Of a DNA stretch of 5,055 nt, positions 1 to 5,055 are shown piece by piece. The DNA is taken from contig JAQGDQ010000050.1 in the NCBI GenBank assembly GCA_030141605.1, positions 1 through 5,055 on the forward strand, given 5' to 3'. The notes under the pieces were generated by a model. It saw only the letters and a list, made by a program, of their open reading frames with translations, did no database searches and was not told the DNA's origin. The stretch comes from Tubiluchus corallicola. Taxonomy: Eukaryota; Animalia; Priapulida. Position 1 is the stretch's first letter, and each line of letters starts with the position of its first letter. The position numbers and the translations under genes are program-made.

Positions 1-272
1 CTGTCTATCCAACCTGTGTCTCAGTGGTCTTTTGACTGCCGGGAACTCATTTGTGCCACCTAGTGTTTCCACTGGGGCCCAGCCTTTAGCGAGTCTATCG
101 ATTTTTTCTCGGTCCAGTTCCCGCTGCTCGTCGCTTGTCATTGCCGTCCAGTCTGTACACGATGCTACTCTTCTCGTATTCTTTGTCTGGTACCCCTTTG
201 ACGTAGTTTCTGATTCTTTTTGCTTTTTCTGCGTTTTCTATTAAGTCTACGTCGGGGTAGTTTGTCGTTCAT
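1..272 (-). other. Unassigned coding-like fragment running off the window, possibly a further EVE
   Basis: Abrupt shift from the AT-rich tract to GC-richer sequence with a purine-rich minus strand. One minus frame is open from 237 to 1 (...MTSDEQRELDREKIDRLAKGWAPVETLGGTNEFPAVKRPLRHRLDRQ) and another from 268 to 95 (TTNYPDVDLIENAEKAKRIRNYVKGVPDKEYEKSSIVYRLDG...). No family recognised. Confidence 0.3.
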
Positions 273-294
273 CACTCATTCATATATATTTAGC

Positions 295-422
295 AATATT
301 CGTTTTAACATTTATATGCACAATATTCATTTTAACATTAATTCAAACATTTATTGTTATGCAGCATTCAATAAAATTCAGTTGAAACATCTGTATGCAC
401 AATTTAAACATTTATATGCACA
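295..422. repeat. AT-rich tract with short imperfect direct repeats
   Basis: AACATTTATATGCACA at 307-322 and 407-422 (exact), with a 14/16 variant at 386-401. AATATTC(G/A)TTTTAACATT at 295-312 and 322-339 (17/18). Confidence 0.7.
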
Positions 423-465
423 CAGCTCAAACATTAATATGATTTAAACGTTTTTTTATTAACAA

Positions 466-522
466 TTCAACGAGTTCGTATTCGACAATGTTCGACACTG
501 TTGCGTGCAGTTCAACGAGTTC
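466..522. repeat. 12-nt direct repeat TTCAACGAGTTC enclosing a TTCGACA pair
   Basis: TTCAACGAGTTC at 466-477 and 511-522; TTCGACA at 481-487 and 491-497. Confidence 0.6.
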
Positions 523-728
523 CTGGTGTTTACGCAAAGTATATTAGTGAGTTCTAGTAAGAGTTGAGTTTGCTCACATTATCCTCTGATCAACTTGGTT
601 GTTGAAAATCGAAAGGTAACAAATAACTAATAACAAACAACCCCTTTTCTAAGGAATAATTAATCCCCTTTACTGTAATAACTGCTTGGTACAAATAACT
701 CGATTGTCTCTTGGCAGGCAGAGCACCT

Positions 729-2312
729 GGTTTGTTGAGCAAAATACCTTCCCTCTTGTTTTAATTCTCTCTCTTTGGGGTGCAGAGTTATTATCCGCCA
801 CTCTTCGGGGATTGACCCATCTTCGCTGATTTGTTCCATCATTTCTTCTACTTTAAGGTTCTCTCTTAAGATAACATCCTCTATAAGCCTGCGAGAATGA
901 TAGGGAAGTCTTTTCGTTAAGCACCTTTTTTGGGCAACTCTTGTGTAATTTCCGTCTGCTAAGCTTAGAGGGAGAGCTACAGATGAGTCTTTGAGGATAT
1001 TTATTATATCCAGATTATACTCAAAATCCAGCTGCTTAGAAAAATTGACAAGGGCCCATGTATTGAGGCTAATGGAGTTAGCATCTCCAAATCGGTATTT
1101 AGACTTACCAAAAAGATTTCTAACTGCGCTTGGGACAGGTTCCTCAACCGCCGGCCATCGGTGTTTTTTCTGGTATTACTTTGTGCAGAACATTTTCACA
1201 AACTGGCCCGTACATTTCACTATAAGAGGAGTGTCAATAATCTTTTTCTCAAACAGCCTTTTCTTTAATTTAGCTAGTCCCTCGTCGCAGTCAATCTGAG
1301 GATAACCGAACACTTTTACCAACCCTCCTAACTCAAACATAGTCTCTGTCTCTCCAGTATTAACACAGTGATCTAGTAAATCCAAGAATTTTTCCGTCAA
1401 TGTTTTGTTGATTTGTTCCATGGTGGTTTTCACTGTCATATAGACTAAACTGGAATGAAGATAGTCTACTCTCCAATTATAGTAGCCTTCCACACAGGAT
1501 TGTAAATTTTTTAGCCAAGTATATATTGATTCCCCTGTCTCGAGTATATGCTTATGAATGAGTTCTATGAACTCTTCTATAACATTGCGCTTCTCTGATT
1601 GGTCTTCTTGATCTAGCAGAGCATGTAAGATTTTGACAGTAAGTCGAGAAATTGCTGCATCTAGTCCCCCCGTGAAATGACTGACATGTGTTACAATTAT
1701 ACTATCACGGTGGTGTTCAAATAGAAAATGACCCAACAAGTGGAAGACATGATTCGAATTAATTTTGATTAAAATCGGATTGTTGTTGGCTACAGATGAG
1801 TTGGCAAAAATGCTGCTGATCTTTTCTAGCAGCAGTCGCCTTTGAAGCAGGCTGATATCAATGCTAAGTCGTGGAGGAATATGTTCATATTTGCCGGCCA
1901 GATAGCTCTTGGCATATCTCGCAATTGTTTCCTCAGCATGTTGTAGCTCTGTAGCGGGTTTTGCCATGTCCCCAAGTTTAATCTCTTTGATTTCATATTC
2001 CTCCTTCTGTGGAGGTTCTCTCCTGGATTGGTCGGTGGCTTCTCCTTCAGTGGGTGACTTCTTTCTTTTCCAAAAAAAGGAATTGCAGTTCTCCATCATC
2101 CTAGAGTGCTGGTAACTCGCTAGAGGTTCTGGAGGGCTGATCTTGATTTCCTGAGAAACTTTTTTCAAGTAATCCAGATATTGACATTTTCCTGGAGGTC
2201 CAAGAGCCCAAATTTTGGCTACTTCTGTTGGAGTTTTGTGATGTATATCAAATATAAAAGCATTCTCAAATTCCAGGCTGAGAGGTGAGTTGAGGTGTCT
2301 CTCATAAGTCAT
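729..2312 (-). pseudogene. L: EVE copy B: N-terminal ~528 codons of a Mononegavirales-type L (RdRp), one premature stop, 3'-truncated
   Basis: Contains HLNSPL and GLVKVFGYPQID (GHP-motif equivalent), then FCTK*YQKKHRWP with a single TAA at 1176-1178. The same frame continues WALVNFSKQLDFEYNLDIINILKDSS...SRRLIEDVI...LHPKERELKQEGRYFAQQT. ORFs 1176..2312 and 660..842 are in the same frame and belong to one gene. L similarity stops at about 729, before motifs A-D. Confidence 0.93.
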
Positions 2313-2330
2313 TTTGACTTCATTTTTTTA
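2309..2330 (-). promoter_or_regulatory. Viral gene-end/gene-start junction, copy B (TAAAAAAA-TGAAGTCAAAATGA, includes the L ATG)
   Basis: Exact repeat of 3746-3767, lying between the glycoprotein stop (2402) and the L ATG (2312). Confidence 0.85.
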
Positions 2331-2401
2331 CAAGATAAAAAGTGAAGCGATTAATAGGGATATGACTAGCAAGCTGAATTGTTCCATGTTCTAAAGAGTA
2401 G

Positions 2402-3001
2402 CTAGGGCTGATCTTCTGATCTTCTACTGTTGTATTTTTGCATTTCTACCTCTTCACCCTGGATCATTTTGCGGTTTTTAACTCGAATCTTTACCAGTCT
2501 GTATATAATCCAAATAATTAACAGGTTAACCTCAACAGAAGTTACTACTGATATCAACCATAACCAGTCTCTAGCAGATGAATAGTCTTCATACCAGCTG
2601 AGAGGTTCAATTTCATGATGAGAGATGAGTAAAGCATGAGTCTTATTTATTAGGACATTGATCTCATCTGTATAGCTTGTCAAATTATGGCTTTCTAATC
2701 TTGGGATCCAGCTTTTCAGTCTATGCAGAGTGTCACTGCATCGAAGTAAGTAACCAGGTAAGTGGTACTCTAGGATCTTCTTACACGTTAAAACAAGGCT
2801 GGAATTTTTGGGTATTGTCCTCTCAGAGGCCCCTGAATGAGTGAAGACCGTTCTAAGTTGATAACTGGCTTGCTTCTGGACTATCCAACCCCCATTAAGG
2901 TCACAATACCCCAATTTTCAGAAGATCTTTCATACTTTAAAGACTGGTCAAATGGTTGTGTCTCTAGGTCATCAGAGCATACAATCACGTTGAAGTCCTT
3001 G
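2402..3001 (-). pseudogene. EVE copy B: 3' half of a homologous fusion-type glycoprotein, with a 1-nt frameshift
   Basis: Reads KDFNVIVCSDDLETQPFDQSLKYERSSENWGIVTL (copy A: QDLNVIVCPTHLETQPFDQSIKYERSPESWGVVTL). One base is then missing in the C5 run at 2889-2893, after which GGWIVQKQASY... runs to the TAG at 2402-2404, colinear with copy A. TM at 2501-2566. The annotated start at 2914 is spurious. Confidence 0.9.
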
Positions 3002-3619
3002 GTCACACAAGGGTGTTCCTGATGTTGCGTGTTTAAACGTTTTCCCTTGTGTGTAGTGTTGTTTCACGAACGGGCCGAAGATCATCCAGTCCACGATTCT
3101 CGCAATGCACGAGAAGTACGATATCAATCGTGGAGTCGTCTTTTCGCTTACTTTGCTCTCAACCTTGTTGTTGACAGTCACGTAATATTCCGGCACATTG
3201 ATTCCGGCTCTCAAGCAGGCGATTATTTCTTCAACCCTTGGTCGTGTGGTGGGGTCGGCGAGACATTGCTCCATATCACCCCAGTCGTCAAACAGTCCTG
3301 CGGCTCCTTTCTTGTTCACTACCTTGAGCATTTCCTCATAGGTGAATGGCTCCAACTTTATCTTGGTCTTATTTCTTATGTGCCACATCACCTGCCGCAG
3401 TTCGCCTTTTGTCTCGTCTCGGAGTGCAGGATAGATTGGTCGGTCCACTCTCGTTTTGATACTTTCGAGGACCTTATCTCTCCTCTTGCTTACCTGGACA
3501 ACTGTTGAATTTTCCACACCCCAGCTGAAACACCGCTTCGCAAAGCCATACGAAGCGGCGCTCAACTGGGTGTTGTCACTCGGCAGCCTGTCATTCTTCG
3601 GGTACGTTCCGAGGATTGG
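2996..3619 (-). pseudogene. NS5: EVE: Flaviviridae NS5/NS5B RdRp fragment (N-terminal/fingers region), pestivirus-like or large-genome-flavivirus-like
   Basis: Motif order ESIKTRVD...FTYEEMLKVVNKKGAAGLFD...LRAG..EYYVT..K.E.K...PRLISY....R...SGTPL parallels pestivirus NS5B as I recall it (EAIRDKID...TWEQLEAGINRKGAAGFLE...LKAG...YYETAIPKNEK...PRVIQY...R...GKTPL). The segment is visibly richer in GC and CpG than its flanks. It ends before motif A and GDD; the last ORF residues (LQRDCML) are out-of-frame glycoprotein sequence. Confidence 0.75.
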
Positions 3620-3634
3620 TTATTCCCAATGGTA

Positions 3635-3723
3635 TTCTGTGGTGTTTTATGATACACGTCAGATATGAAGGCATTCTCAAACTCCAAACTAAGAGGAGAA
3701 TTGAGATGCCTTTCGTAAGTCAT
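3635..3723 (-). pseudogene. L: EVE copy A: extreme N-terminus of L polymerase (MTYERHLNSPLSLEFENAFISDVYHKTP), truncated
   Basis: Not in the ORF track; translated by hand from the ATG at 3723. The first 20 aa are identical to the ORF starting at 2312 and contain the conserved L N-terminal HLxSP[LI] motif. Similarity to copy B ends at about 3635. Confidence 0.9.
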
Positions 3724-3745
3724 TTTATTCTATGTTTTCTGTAGA

Positions 3746-3767
3746 TCATTTTGACTTCATTTTTTTA
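3746..3767 (-). promoter_or_regulatory. Viral gene-end/gene-start junction, copy A (TAAAAAAA-TGAAGTCAAAATGA)
   Basis: A7 tract typical of mononegaviral stop/polyadenylation signals, located between the glycoprotein stop and the L start. It is 22/22 identical to 2309-2330 although the adjacent UTRs do not align. Confidence 0.85.
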
Positions 3768-3811
3768 AAAGTGATACAAAAATAAGGGAAAGTTATCTGG
3801 CCTTGATGTCT

Positions 3812-5032
3812 CTATAGTTCATCTTCTGATCTCTTGCCACATTCTTTCATTTCCACGTCTTCCCCTTGAGCAGGATTTTTGTTCTTAATTTTAAACTTGA
3901 TCACCTTGTACCCAATCCAAATGAGTAAGGAGTTTACTTCAATACAAGTGATCACTGTCATTAGCCAGAGCCAATCTTTTGCTGATGAATAATCCTCGTA
4001 CCAAGCTAGTGGTTCCATTTCGTGATGGGAAATAAGCAGTGCATGAGTTTTATTGATTAATGCATTTATTTCGTCAGTGTAACTAGTCAAGTTGTGGCTT
4101 TCCAGGGTAGGGATCCAACTCTTAACTCGGTGGAGAGTATCGCTGCATCTGAGGAAATATCCGGGCAAGTGATATTCGTCAGCTTTTTTACATGTTAGTA
4201 CAAGACTGGTGTTCTTGGGAATCATCTTTTCAGACGCCCCTGTATATCTTGATACTGTTCTTAATGAATAGCTGGCCTGTCTTTGAACAAGCCAACCTCC
4301 CATTAATGTGACGACCCCCCAACTCTCTGGTGACCTTTCGTATTTTATCGATTGATCAAACGGTTGTGTTTCCAAGTGTGTTGGGCAAACGATTACATTA
4401 AGGTCTTGGCAAGATCCGGGTGGGATGATTTTGATTTCGTTAATTCCTAGAATCATGTTGAAGGCGTTCCCGTGGATAACCCAAGTTCCCCCTTTAACAA
4501 TTGGCACATTTTGTGTCTTTACATGGACTTTTCCAGGTACTTGGATGATTTCCCTAACGTTAATTAACATCCACAATTTCCGTGGCTCAGATTTAATGAC
4601 TATTGCCCGGCTGGCTCCGTAAGATAACGGGATGCTATTCTTTTGATCGGACATGAGAGAGTGGAACTGGGTGGGACTGATTAGTAGAGGGTCTATCTTT
4701 GAAGAGGTGATGGATTGGAGGCCGTGTCCATATCTGATTGAATTCAAATAATCGTGAAGTTTTTTCATGTCATTAGAATGTGCTAACATCATATTATGCA
4801 TTTGAGCGTTTAATTTGCCAACCACTCTTTCCAGCTCTTCTAAGTCATGCCCCAGTATACCTATTTCCTTGTTGGCAATTTCTAACTCGTGTGCTATGAT
4901 CCCTTGATTATTCCTTAGTTCCCCCATTTTCTTATTCAATGAATTTATCTCGGCACGGTTTGTAGCCCCTAAGGCTAAAGCAGCGGTTGCTTCCGCCATA
5001 GCGGCGCTGGACATGATTAACCCAAGGATGGG
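3812..5032 (-). pseudogene. EVE copy A: 5'-truncated viral class I fusion-type glycoprotein (F1-like subunit) of a Mononegavirales-like virus
   Basis: The ORF 3812..5014 extends upstream to PILGLI, with an in-frame TAA at 5033-5035. It begins with a fusion-peptide-like stretch (PILGLIMSSAAMAEATAALALG), followed by a long heptad repeat (INSLNKKMGELRNNQGIIAHELEIANKEIGILGHDLEELERVVGKL), an IDPLLISP motif, Cys residues and sequons NTS/NLT/NKT. A second heptad (NLTSYTDEINALINKTHALL) precedes a TM segment (3908-3973) and a 31-aa tail. No signal peptide or F2 part is visible. The gene lies directly upstream of an L gene start. Confidence 0.85.
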
Positions 5033-5055
5033 TTAACCCGAGGCCTTTCCCAATG

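Noticed and set aside
220-447. 75-aa plus-strand ORF with repeated KHLYA
   Set aside because: Translation of the AT-rich repeat tract, with low-complexity N/I/F composition.
295-522. CRISPR array
   Set aside because: The repeats are short, irregularly spaced and of several kinds, with no cas genes, and the context is eukaryotic-viral.
3029-3508. 159-aa plus-strand ORF, and the other plus-strand ORFs (32..244, 991..1299, 1909..2115, 2837..3022, 3456..3668, 4425..4622)
   Set aside because: They are antisense shadows of minus-strand coding or coding-like sequence, show no recognisable motifs, and some cross fragment junctions.
2972-3565. Jingmenvirus or orthoflavivirus NS5 assignment
   Set aside because: It lacks the MGKREKK and GSR motifs I recall for those groups; KGAAG, PRLISY and GTPL fit pestivirus-like polymerases better. 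A search is needed to settle this.
3815-3826. C-terminal EDEL as a KDEL-type ER retrieval signal
   Set aside because: It lies on the predicted cytoplasmic tail, and copy B ends in EDQP.
3812-5014. Domesticated syncytin-like host fusogen
   Set aside because: The ORF starts inside the fusion peptide with no signal peptide, retains viral UTR and junction signals, and sits among broken fragments. There is no evidence of expression.
729-5032. A single functional recombinant virus genome
   Set aside because: Genes are truncated, junctions are out of frame, there is a stop and a frameshift, and neither RdRp includes its catalytic motifs.
5033-5055. piggyBac terminus (TTAA followed by CCC)
   Set aside because: Only 7 nt of resemblance, with no partner terminal repeat or transposase visible in the window.

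Overview
This window is a head-to-tail mosaic of RNA-virus-derived fragments, all coding on the minus strand, and most likely a cluster of non-retroviral endogenous viral elements (EVEs) in a eukaryotic (probably arthropod or other invertebrate) genome. Reading the minus strand from 5055 to 1: (A) a class I fusion-type glycoprotein from its fusion peptide to its stop, a gene-end/gene-start junction and the first ~28 codons of a Mononegavirales-type L polymerase; (B) a ~620-nt fragment of a Flaviviridae NS5/NS5B RdRp resembling pestiviruses or large-genome flaviviruses; (C) the 3' half of the same glycoprotein gene from a second, related virus, the same 22-nt junction and ~528 codons of L with one in-frame stop, cut just after KERELK-x-EGRYF; (D) short unassigned coding-like pieces and an AT-rich repeat tract. 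The two glycoprotein-L copies differ mostly at synonymous sites, so they look like independent captures of two sister viruses rather than a host duplication. The best overall reading is a co-oriented archive of viral fragments of the kind found in piRNA clusters (inference). Virus family assignments come from remembered motifs, not from a search.
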